From: Methanobacterium lacus
GTDB lineage: Archaea; Methanobacteriota; Methanobacteria; Methanobacteriales; Methanobacteriaceae
Assembly (NCBI RefSeq): GCF_000191585.1
Contig: NC_015216.1
Span: 2,235,557-2,267,556, forward strand
Direction: 5' to 3'
DNA length: 32,000 nt
A program made the translations under genes and the position numbers. This document shows, in pieces, positions 18,325 to 26,412 of this stretch. Every line of letters begins with the position of its first letter. Position 1 is the first letter of the stretch. Under the pieces are notes generated by a model that saw only the letters and a list, made by a program, of their open reading frames with translations, was not told where the DNA came from and made no database searches.

Positions 18325-18801
18325 TTAGTTCTTTTTTATTCTAGCAATATCCCCTATTGTTGCTTCTCTAACCTTTGCATGAGCCAGTTCATCCATTGCT
18401 GTCCCATCATTCTTTTCTATAAGAACCACTTTCAGTGTTTTCTCGAGTTTCTTTGCAAGTTTAATATCTGGAACCATTTTACCGGATTCTATTCTGCTTA
18501 TGACTGAAGCCTTTTCATACAGCTTTTCACCAAGTTCTTCACGAGACCAACCCTTTTTTTCACGGGCATTACGCACTAACTGATTGAAATTTTCAATAAC
18601 TTCCTCGGTAGGTTCCTGTGGTCGTGAAGTTCTTCTGGTCCCACTAGAACCCCTTGGAGCTCCTCTTCTCTTTGGTTTAGGAGGTTCTTTTTGAACTTTA
18701 CCAAACTTTGAGCATTCTTTACAAGTAAGCATGATTGAACCATCAATTTTAGTTTTCAATGGTTCTTCAACTAGTTTTTTTCCACATATCTCGCATCTCA
18801 T
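18325..18801 (-). CDS. mbf1: archaeal multiprotein bridging factor 1 (zinc ribbon + XRE-type HTH)
   Basis: N-terminal CEICG...CKEC zinc ribbon, basic linker, C-terminal HTH (GWSREELGEKLYEKASVISRIESGKMVP). Confidence 0.85.
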   Translation of the reverse strand: MRCEICGKKLVEEPLKTKIDGSIMLTCKECSKFGKVQKEPPKPKRRGAPRGSSGTRRTSRPQEPTEEVIENFNQLVRNAREKKGWSREELGEKLYEKASVISRIESGKMVPDIKLAKKLEKTLKVVLIEKNDGTAMDELAHAKVREATIGDIARIKKN

Positions 18802-19321
18802 GACGATCCCTTTAACTTGTAATCATTGTTACATACATAAATCCCACATCTAAAAAGTTCAGATGTAAATTGAGGATTATGTTACTAAGTGTTTTTTAAC
18901 TATTTTTTTATGGAATATCTATTTTAAAGTTTTGGACATTTGAAGTTTTGGAGACTACAATAAATGAGTGGTTCCTCATTTGATATCAAACTATTCTTCC
19001 AACATGATCACCCATGATAAATTGACAAAACAGGTTCTTGTGAATTAAAGAAAATTGTTTTCAACTGTTTGGATGCTTAAATTAACTAGCTTTAACCAGG
19101 GTCATATCATAAGGGTTTTCCGCAATTCTAGAACCATGAGTTTTATTTGGTTTAAACCAAAATATTAATTTGTTTGGGCCTTAAATTTTCTTTCAATACC
19201 ATAGTTTCAAATAGGGTTAGATTGGGATATATATAATAAATACAAAACATAAATCCCAATTTCTATGGGCAGAACAAACGGTTTAACAAAGTTTAGTGAG
19301 GTAATTAAAAACCTCCACGAA

Positions 19322-19333
19322 CCTTTAAATAAT
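19322..19333 (+). promoter_or_regulatory. candidate TATA box (CCTTTAAATAAT) for pan
   Basis: TTTAAATA-like element about 75 nt upstream of ATG 19406. The AGGAGTGAGCGAGG SD region lies in the predicted leader. Confidence 0.35.
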
Positions 19334-19405
19334 ATTAAGGACAATAAATCCATAAATAATTAAACAATTATTTTTTTTAATAAAAGTTAGGAGTGAGCGA
19401 GGATC

Positions 19406-20638
19406 ATGGAAAACATGTCCCCAAATGTACTGAAAAAAATTGAAGACCTTAAAAAGGAGATAAAAATCCTTAAAGAGGACAACACCAAAACCAAACGTAA
19501 CCTTATGTGGAAGGTTAGAAAACTTGAAAAGGATAAGGTCCTCATTGAAAATGAAAAAATGAGGCTCGATAGGGAGGTCAAATCTCTCAGGGGCGAAATT
19601 GAAAGATTCAGATCACCACCTTTAGTTATTGCAACAGTAACTGAAGTATTAGACGACGGGAGAGTTGTGGTTAAAAGCAGCACAGGCCCTAATTTTGTTA
19701 TTGGATATTCAAGATTCTTAGATGAAAAGTCACTTGAACCTGGGGTTCGTGTGGCTCTTAACCAGCAGACATTTAGCATAGTGCATGTACTGCCATCAGA
19801 AAAGGACCCACTAGTTACAGGTATGGAAGTTGATGAAAAACCAGATGTTGAGTATGCTCAAATAGGTGGATTAGAGGAACAGGTCGTTGAGATCAAAGAA
19901 ACTGTTGAACTTCCACTTAAAAAACCAGAGCTGTTCACCAACATTGGTATCGAACCTCCGAAGGGAGTTCTACTTTACGGACCTCCAGGAACTGGAAAAA
20001 CTTTACTTGCCAAGGCAGTTGCCCACGAAACCAATGCAACCTTCATAAAAATTGTTGCATCTGAATTCGTTAAAAAATACATTGGTGAAGGTGCCAGACT
20101 TGTTAGGGGTGTTTTCGAACTTGCAAAGGAAAAATCACCGAGTATCATTTTCATCGATGAGATAGATGCTATAGCAGCCAAAAGACTGAAAAGTTCCACC
20201 AGTGGAGACAGAGAGGTTCAGAGAACTCTTATGCAGTTACTAGCAGAGATGGACGGATTTGAAGGTAGGGGTGATGTTGGAATTGTTGCAGCAACCAACA
20301 GACCGGACATATTAGACCCTGCACTTTTAAGACCTGGTCGTTTCGATAGATTCATCGAAGTTCCTATTCCAAACGAGGACGGCAGAATGGAAATACTCAA
20401 AATCCACACCAAAAATATGTCCCTAGATGAAGATGTGGACGTTAGACTTGTTGCATCACTTTCAGAGGGTGCTTCAGGTGCGGATCTTAAGGCCATCTGT
20501 ACAGAATCCGGTATGTTCGCAATAAGAGAAGAAAGAACAACCGTTACAATGAACGATTTCATGGACGCTATTGATAAAATAGTGGGTATGGAACACGACG
20601 AAGAGATGAAAAAAGAAGCAGGCGTAATGTTTGGATGA
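19406..20638 (+). CDS. pan: proteasome-activating nucleotidase (PAN, AAA+ ATPase)
   Basis: N-terminal coiled coil ([19 protein letters not shown]...), OB segment, Walker [14 protein letters not shown], Walker B IIFIDEID, second region of homology [20 protein letters not shown]. Confidence 0.92.
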   Translation: MENMSPNVLKKIEDLKKEIKILKEDNTKTKRNLMWKVRKLEKDKVLIENEKMRLDREVKSLRGEIERFRSPPLVIATVTEVLDDGRVVVKSSTGPNFVIGYSRFLDEKSLEPGVRVALNQQTFSIVHVLPSEKDPLVTGMEVDEKPDVEYAQIGGLEEQVVEIKETVELPLKKPELFTNIGIEPPKGVLLYGPPGTGKTLLAKAVAHETNATFIKIVASEFVKKYIGEGARLVRGVFELAKEKSPSIIFIDEIDAIAAKRLKSSTSGDREVQRTLMQLLAEMDGFEGRGDVGIVAATNRPDILDPALLRPGRFDRFIEVPIPNEDGRMEILKIHTKNMSLDEDVDVRLVASLSEGASGADLKAICTESGMFAIREERTTVTMNDFMDAIDKIVGMEHDEEMKKEAGVMFG

Positions 20639-20655
20639 TCCAGTGAATAACTGGA

Positions 20656-20674
20656 TTTTTTCAAAATTTTTTTT
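20656..20674 (+). terminator. oligo-T terminator after pan (T6 and T8)
   Basis: GGATTTTTTCAAAATTTTTTTT begins 15 nt after the pan stop codon. Confidence 0.5.
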
Positions 20675-20767
20675 AAAGTATTATACGTATAATTTGCGAC
20701 TCATTTAATCTATTATACCAATTGTTAATTATTAGAAAAGGAAAAATAATTGTATTAATCATAAGCT

Positions 20768-20825
20768 GGCCTGTGATGAACCCTATGAGCTCTGATCAAT
20801 GATGACTGATGGGCGATCTGAGGCT
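20768..20825 (+). ncRNA. C/D box sRNA (2'-O-methylation guide)
   Basis: C box GTGATGA 20773-20779. 12-nt guide ACCCTATGAGCT. D' CTGA 20792-20795. 3-nt spacer. C' ATGATGA 20799-20805. 12-nt guide CTGATGGGCGAT. D box CTGA 18818-20821 corrected: 20818-20821. Terminal stem GGCC (20768-20771) pairs with GGCT (20822-20825). About 58 nt. It forms a locally GC-rich island in an AT-rich convergent spacer. Confidence 0.72.
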
Positions 20826-20863
20826 TGCACATTTACTCATTTTAGTGGGCTAGAAAAAATTAT

Positions 20864-21664
20864 TCAACCTAAATTAGATTTAAACCTTTTTACTTCGTTG
20901 ATCAATTCAGGAATATCTGAGTAAACCTTAGATTTTTTGAGTTGTTTAATTTCTGGCCTTTTAACCATTACAACCGGGATTTCAAGTTGGGATGCTGCTT
21001 CTAATTTAGATAATGTTCCTCCAGATTCTCCGCTTTCCTTGGTTATTACCACGTTCACGTTGAATTCTTCCATGAGTGCCCTGTTAAAGTCTGATGAGAA
21101 TGTTCCCTGCATTGCAACGATATTTTCACTCGGAATTCCCAGTTCAAGACATTTGTTTATGGAGTAAACAGCTGGAAGCACCCTTACAATAATTGAATGT
21201 GCTGAGATCTTTTCTAACACCTGCGGAAGTGTGGATACACCTGCAAGATGCATTATCCTCCCATTTTTTGTTTTGGAAACTAGTTCAGATGCAGTTTTGG
21301 AAGCTTCCTTAAAATCTTTCACAACATGGATGCCTTTGATTGTATGGTGCTGGGTTGCGGGTCTTTCAAATCTGAGGTACTCAATTTTTGCACTGTTAGC
21401 TGCGTCTAGAGCAGTTTCTGTTGCTTGGGATGCGAATGGATGTGTGGCATCAAGGAGAAGATCTATTTCTTTTTGTTGAATAAGTTCAACCATGGCTTCA
21501 ACTCCCAGCCCACCCACCTTTACTTCATCGGCACCTGCATCAGATGCAAGTTTCGCACCGTAACTGGTTGTTGTTGTTGCGGTGATCACAGTATCATCAA
21601 TGGCATGAAGATAGTTGATTATCTTGACTGCATCTGATGTACCAGACATCACCATAACATTCAT
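20864..21664 (-). CDS. cbiJ: cobalt-precorrin-6A / precorrin-6A reductase (CbiJ/CobK)
   Basis: N-terminal VMVMSGTSDAVKI, DATHPFA, VITKESGESGG and VVMVKRP segments typical of CbiJ/CobK. 266 aa. Confidence 0.8.
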   Translation of the reverse strand: MNVMVMSGTSDAVKIINYLHAIDDTVITATTTTSYGAKLASDAGADEVKVGGLGVEAMVELIQQKEIDLLLDATHPFASQATETALDAANSAKIEYLRFERPATQHHTIKGIHVVKDFKEASKTASELVSKTKNGRIMHLAGVSTLPQVLEKISAHSIIVRVLPAVYSINKCLELGIPSENIVAMQGTFSSDFNRALMEEFNVNVVITKESGESGGTLSKLEAASQLEIPVVMVKRPEIKQLKKSKVYSDIPELINEVKRFKSNLG

Positions 21665-24174
21665 TTTATCACCTTTTCACTCACGAACTCTGAAATGAAT
21701 ATTGTCAAGGCAACGCACACAATCATGAGCCAATCCAAACCAGTGATGGCGGTTGTTTTGAATATGTGCTGGAGGAATGGAACGTAGATGGCACACACCT
21801 GTAAAAGGAAAGATGCTGCAACTGCTATGAGTAGGGTTTTGTTTGGAAGTTTGCCCTTGGCCTTGCAGTTGAATACATTGAATATCTGATACATGACAAA
21901 CACTGTGAATGCAACTGTCATGGCTTCTATGGTTGTTGCACCGCTGTTGAGTTTGTAGGTGTACAGAAGAAGGGTTCCTATGCTCATTACTACGCCTGCA
22001 ATGGCCATTCTAATGAGGTTTCTTCTTGAGATGATGTTGCCGGTTGTTGGTGGTCTTTCCATGACATCGGGTTCTGATGGTTCAACACCCAGTGACTGGG
22101 CTGGAGGACCGTCCATTATTATGTTTATCCACAAAATCTGGATTGGATTGAATGGTATTGGTAAGTTCATTAATGAGGCCGAGGTTATGGTGAGTATGGC
22201 ACCTATGTTGGTTGACAGTTGGAATTTAACGAATCTTTTTATGTTGTCAAATATGGTACGTCCCTCTTCCACAGCATCCACTATGGTTGCAAAGTTATCG
22301 TCTTGAAGCAGCATGTCACTAGATTCCTTTGCAACATCTGTACCTGAACCCATGGCCACACCAATAGCAGCCCTTTTGAGAGCAGGAGCATCATTCACAC
22401 CATCTCCAGTCATGGCCACTACTTGTCCTCTGGATTTAAGGGCCTCCACAATTCTCACCTTCTGTTCTGGAAATACCCTTGCGTAAACATTTACAGTGTT
22501 CACAACTTCCCTGAACTCATCATCACTAATTTTTTCAAGTTCCGGTCCTGTTAAAACCTTTCCATCTTTAAGAATTCCAAGTTCTGAAGCAATTGCAGCT
22601 GCAGTGTCTTTGTTGTCACCTGTGATCATGACCACATTTATTCCTGCCTTTTCACACTGTTCAACTGCTATCTTAGCTTCTTGCCTCGGAGGATCCATCA
22701 TTCCAACCATTCCAACGTAGATCAGATCCTCCTCCAATGAATTGTTACCCTCTAAATCCTCTGAATCATCCATGATCCGGTAGGCCATTGCAATAACTCT
22801 CAATGCCTTGGAGGTCATGGTTTTAAGTTCATCCATGGCTTGAGATTTATTTTCTGTTGTTAAGTCTTGGACTTCTCCATTCTCTTCTAGGTAGTTGGAT
22901 TTTTCCAAGATGATCTCAGGGGCTCCCTTAACAAGTACGTACCTCTTATTTTGGAAGTTGTTCACCGTGGTCATTCTTTTTCTTTCACTGTCCAGGGGCA
23001 GTTCATAGAGACGTTCATGTGTTTTTTCAAGTTCTTCCCGTTTGTAGCCATTTTCCTCAGCATACAACAGTATTGCCCCATCTGTTGGATCACCAATGAT
23101 CTTTCCCTCGGAGATATGGGAATTGTTACAAAGTGCAGATATGGTTAAAGCCATTTCAGACGATTTAATACTGGTTTCACGCACAGTCATCTTGTTCTTG
23201 GTTAGGGTTCCTGTTTTATCTGTACATATGGTGGTACACGATCCCAGGGTTTCCACTGCAAGGAGTTTGCGTACAACAGCATTTCTTCGGGCCATTCTCT
23301 GCATTCCAAGTGCGAGTGTGAGGGTTAATATTGCAGGTAATCCCTCTGGAACTGCTGCAACTGCCAATGAAACTGCTGTCATGAAATTTTCAACTATTGG
23401 CACTCCCTTGAAGAATTGGAGTGCAAATATTCCAGTACAAACAACCAGGGCAATGAGTCCCATTAATTTGCCAAGGCCATGTATCCTGTCTTGGAGTGGT
23501 GTTTTCTCATCCTCGACCTGGATCATTTCAGCAATTCTTCCAATGGCAGTGTTCATTCCAACCTCTACAACAACTCCCCTTCCCCTTCCCTTGGATACGT
23601 AGGTATCCATGAATGCTAGGTTTGAAGTTTCATCCTCTGAAACGGTGTTTTCAACTTTGTTGGATGGTTTTGATTCTCCTGTGAGTGCAGATTCATCCAC
23701 CATTAAATCATGGGCTTCTAACATCCTGATGTCTGCAGGTATGCTGTCACCCTCTTCAATGATCACAACGTCACCAACTGTGAGTTGGTTGGCATCTACG
23801 CTCTGAACTTCACCGTCCCTCACCACAACTGCAGTTACAGTGGTCATGTTTTTCAGTTGTGCCATGGCATTTTCGGCCCTGTTTTCCTGTACAAATCCTA
23901 TAACTGCATTTAAAACAACTACTAAAAGAATAACTGCTGCATCTGTTGTGTCTCCTATGAATGCTGCGGCTATGGCCGCCACAATAAGTAGTATGATTAG
24001 GAAGTCCTTGAATTGGTTGAAAAATTTGGTTATTGGACCTGCCTTTTCTTCCTCAACAAGTTCGTTCTTCCCGTATTTAGCCATTCTATCGGGTATTTCA
24101 TCGGATTTTAACCCATTGTAATCTGATTTTACCATATCTAGGGTTTCTTCCGTTGTTTTAATCTGCCATTTCAT
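21661..24174 (-). CDS. P-type cation-transporting ATPase, P2 (Ca2+/SERCA-PMCA-like) type
   Basis: TGES, phosphorylation site CTDKTGTLTKN, TM4 motif AVPEGLPA, MITGDN, hinge TGDGVNDAPALK. 837 aa with about 10 TM helices. Confidence 0.9.
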   Translation of the reverse strand: MKWQIKTTEETLDMVKSDYNGLKSDEIPDRMAKYGKNELVEEEKAGPITKFFNQFKDFLIILLIVAAIAAAFIGDTTDAAVILLVVVLNAVIGFVQENRAENAMAQLKNMTTVTAVVVRDGEVQSVDANQLTVGDVVIIEEGDSIPADIRMLEAHDLMVDESALTGESKPSNKVENTVSEDETSNLAFMDTYVSKGRGRGVVVEVGMNTAIGRIAEMIQVEDEKTPLQDRIHGLGKLMGLIALVVCTGIFALQFFKGVPIVENFMTAVSLAVAAVPEGLPAILTLTLALGMQRMARRNAVVRKLLAVETLGSCTTICTDKTGTLTKNKMTVRETSIKSSEMALTISALCNNSHISEGKIIGDPTDGAILLYAEENGYKREELEKTHERLYELPLDSERKRMTTVNNFQNKRYVLVKGAPEIILEKSNYLEENGEVQDLTTENKSQAMDELKTMTSKALRVIAMAYRIMDDSEDLEGNNSLEEDLIYVGMVGMMDPPRQEAKIAVEQCEKAGINVVMITGDNKDTAAAIASELGILKDGKVLTGPELEKISDDEFREVVNTVNVYARVFPEQKVRIVEALKSRGQVVAMTGDGVNDAPALKRAAIGVAMGSGTDVAKESSDMLLQDDNFATIVDAVEEGRTIFDNIKRFVKFQLSTNIGAILTITSASLMNLPIPFNPIQILWINIIMDGPPAQSLGVEPSEPDVMERPPTTGNIISRRNLIRMAIAGVVMSIGTLLLYTYKLNSGATTIEAMTVAFTVFVMYQIFNVFNCKAKGKLPNKTLLIAVAASFLLQVCAIYVPFLQHIFKTTAITGLDWLMIVCVALTIFISEFVSEKVIK

Positions 24175-24559
24175 TATTACACTTCTTGTAAAATATTGCT
24201 GTTTTGTAATTTATGAGTTTAAATTTTTTATCGTTCAAAAAAGATTCTGTTAAAAAGGGTTTTATAATAATATCTGCACCCACAGTATCAGCTACTGTTT
24301 TTATAGGCTTTTGAAGTTCTTCTGGAGGCCTTATTGAGTAGATAAGCGAAGCACCCCTGTATATTTCCAAGTCTGGATCGTTGATATCATCTACCGTCAC
24401 CGTTGGATGGTAAGGTTTAATATCTGTCATGATGATATCCATGTTAAGATGTTCTTGCAGTGTGAGGGCAACCCTTGGGAAATTTCCCATACCGACCTCA
24501 ACTATCTTTGAAGCATCTTTGTAATTTGTAATGATGTATTCTGAAAAATCTTTCCACAT
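24158..24559 (-). CDS. UPF0146 family protein (small Rossmann/methyltransferase-fold protein of methanogens)
   Basis: MWKDFSEYI...VEVGMG...LIYSIRPPEEL...GADIIIKP resembles my recollection of the Methanothermobacter UPF0146 protein. I prefer ATG 24559 over the ORF-track GTG at 24568. The 3' end overlaps the ATPase start by 17 nt. Confidence 0.65.
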   Translation of the reverse strand: MWKDFSEYIITNYKDASKIVEVGMGNFPRVALTLQEHLNMDIIMTDIKPYHPTVTVDDINDPDLEIYRGASLIYSIRPPEELQKPIKTVADTVGADIIIKPFLTESFLNDKKFKLINYKTAIFYKKCNNEMAD

Positions 24560-24585
24560 TTTTATCACTTTTATTGGAGAAATTT

Positions 24586-25020
24586 ATGATAATAAGAGAA
24601 TTTAAACGTCAGGACATAAAAAGAGTCCTAGAAATTGAGAAGGCATCCTTCAATGATCCCTACCCTCCAAACATTCTCATTGATATTTACAATTTAGGTG
24701 CTGGATTTCTAGTTGCCCAGGAAAATAATAGGATTGTAGGGTATATTATATTTTGGATCAAATATGAAGATGAAGGCCATATCATTTCAATTGCTGTGGA
24801 TAAAAATTTCAGAAGACTTGAGGTTGGTACCAAACTTGTGGAAGCCAGCATAGAATCCTTCAAAAAATTCAGTGTAAAGATACTGAAACTCGAGGTAAGG
24901 GTAGGAAATACAGGTGCCAGAAAATTCTATTCTAAAATTGGATTCAAGGAATATAAGGTTGTTGAAGATTACTACGAAGATTTAGAAGACGCTGTAATCA
25001 TGACCAAACCCATGAAGTAG
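24586..25020 (+). CDS. rimI: GNAT family N-acetyltransferase (RimI-like, ribosomal-protein-alanine acetyltransferase)
   Basis: IREFKRQDIKRVLEIEKASF, GHIISIAVDKNFRRLEVGTKL and the acetyl-CoA motif ARKFYSKIGF. GGAG lies 6 nt upstream of ATG 24586, so the ORF-track TTG at 24574 is less likely. Confidence 0.8.
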   Translation: MIIREFKRQDIKRVLEIEKASFNDPYPPNILIDIYNLGAGFLVAQENNRIVGYIIFWIKYEDEGHIISIAVDKNFRRLEVGTKLVEASIESFKKFSVKILKLEVRVGNTGARKFYSKIGFKEYKVVEDYYEDLEDAVIMTKPMK

Positions 25021-25217
25021 TACCTTAATTTGGGTGAAGTTTCATGCAAATAATCTTATTACTGCAATGAAAATAATATTTTATTAACTACACTATGGGA
25101 TAACTATACTCATAATAAAAAATCTAATTAAACATAGTGTACAAAACTATGATGATGGAATATGTTTTTACATTGAATATTAAAATTTTTTAATTTAACA
25201 GTTTAACCGGTGATGAA

Positions 25218-26300
25218 ATGCTAAAAGAGGCTAAATTAGCTTTAGAAGATGGTACAATACTTAAAGGAGAGGGGTTCGGTTTTGAAACCATAAAGACTGG
25301 TGAGGTGGTTTTTGCTACTGGAATGACCGGATATGTTGAGTCACTCACAGATCCATCTTATAAAGGCCAAATACTCATGTCAACCTATCCTTTACAAGGA
25401 AATTACGGAATATCAAGAGAATGGTTCCAATCAGAAGGAATTAAGGCGGAAGGATTTATTGTTAGGGAACAGAACAACTATCCATCCCACAGACTCTCCC
25501 AAGAAAATTTGAATGACTTTTTAGAAGAATTTGAAGTTCCTGGAATCAGTGGGATAGACACCAGAGCTCTGACACTCAAGATCAGAGAACATGGAGCAAT
25601 GAAGGGAGCAATTTCAACCGAAGAAATTGAAGATGATGAACTTTTAAAGCTCACAAAGGAACAGACAGAAATTCAGAATATGGATCTGGTTGATAAAGTA
25701 TCTGTAAAAAAACCCACAATAATCGGTGAAGATAATAAGCACAGAGCAGTGATTCTTGACTGTGGAATAAAAAAGAACAGCATAAATGCTTTGTTAAAAC
25801 GCGACATCGGTGTGGTTTTAGTACCCTACAAAACAGGTTACAAAGAGATCATGGACTACGATCCTGAAGCTGTGCTTGTTTCAAGCGGCCCAGGAAACCC
25901 AACACGTGTCACTGAAGCAGCTCAAACAGTGCTTGATCTGTCAACTAAACTCCCAATATTTGGAATATGCCTAGGTCAACAGATAATATCCCTGGCCTTC
26001 GGAGCCAAGATCAATAAAATGAAATTTGGACACAGGGGAATCAACCAACCTGTTAAGGATCTTAAAACTGGAAAAGTATCCATAACCTCACAAAATCATG
26101 GATTTACCTTAGACCCAAATTCATGCAAGGATATTCCAATCAACATTACCCAAATAAATCTTAACGACCACACACCTGAAGGATTAGAGCATGAAGAACT
26201 GCCAATAGTCAGTGTTCAGTACCATCCAGAGGCAGGTCCAGGTCCGCATGATTCTGATAGTTACTTCGACAGGTTCCTTGAAACCCTGAAGAATTACTAG
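25218..26300 (+). CDS. carA: carbamoyl-phosphate synthase small (glutaminase) subunit
   Basis: N-terminal CPSase small-chain domain ([23 protein letters not shown]). GATase triad context GICLGQQI ... SVQYHPEA. Confidence 0.92.
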   Translation: MLKEAKLALEDGTILKGEGFGFETIKTGEVVFATGMTGYVESLTDPSYKGQILMSTYPLQGNYGISREWFQSEGIKAEGFIVREQNNYPSHRLSQENLNDFLEEFEVPGISGIDTRALTLKIREHGAMKGAISTEEIEDDELLKLTKEQTEIQNMDLVDKVSVKKPTIIGEDNKHRAVILDCGIKKNSINALLKRDIGVVLVPYKTGYKEIMDYDPEAVLVSSGPGNPTRVTEAAQTVLDLSTKLPIFGICLGQQIISLAFGAKINKMKFGHRGINQPVKDLKTGKVSITSQNHGFTLDPNSCKDIPINITQINLNDHTPEGLEHEELPIVSVQYHPEAGPGPHDSDSYFDRFLETLKNY

Positions 26301-26412
26301 AACAATGAAAGTTAAGTACTGAAAAATACAATTTTAGATGAATCTCATAAAATTATTTACTAAATAAATGGATGAATTAATAGATCATTATGAATTAAAG
26401 GTAGGATTGTAA

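Noticed and set aside
19387-20664. Minus-strand ORFs 19387..19779, 19975..20199 and 20218..20664
   Set aside because: Antisense to pan, which has unambiguous AAA+ motifs.
21959-24121. Plus-strand ORFs inside the P-type ATPase (up to 168 aa, e.g. 23096..23602)
   Set aside because: Antisense to a gene with complete P-type ATPase signatures. The long shadow ORFs are explained by the codon bias of the sense frame.
21661-24174. Idea that the ATPase coupled to cbiJ is a cobalt pump
   Set aside because: TM4 carries PEGLP, not CPC, CPH or SPC. There is also no N-terminal metal-binding domain. The sequence fits the P2 (Ca2+-type) class rather than the heavy-metal P1B class.
25149-25216. C-box-like ATGATGA (25149-25155) and GTGATGA (25210-25216) upstream of carA
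   Set aside because: There is no CTGA D or D' box between or after them at guide-length spacing. The second one is better explained as the GGTGA SD of carA.
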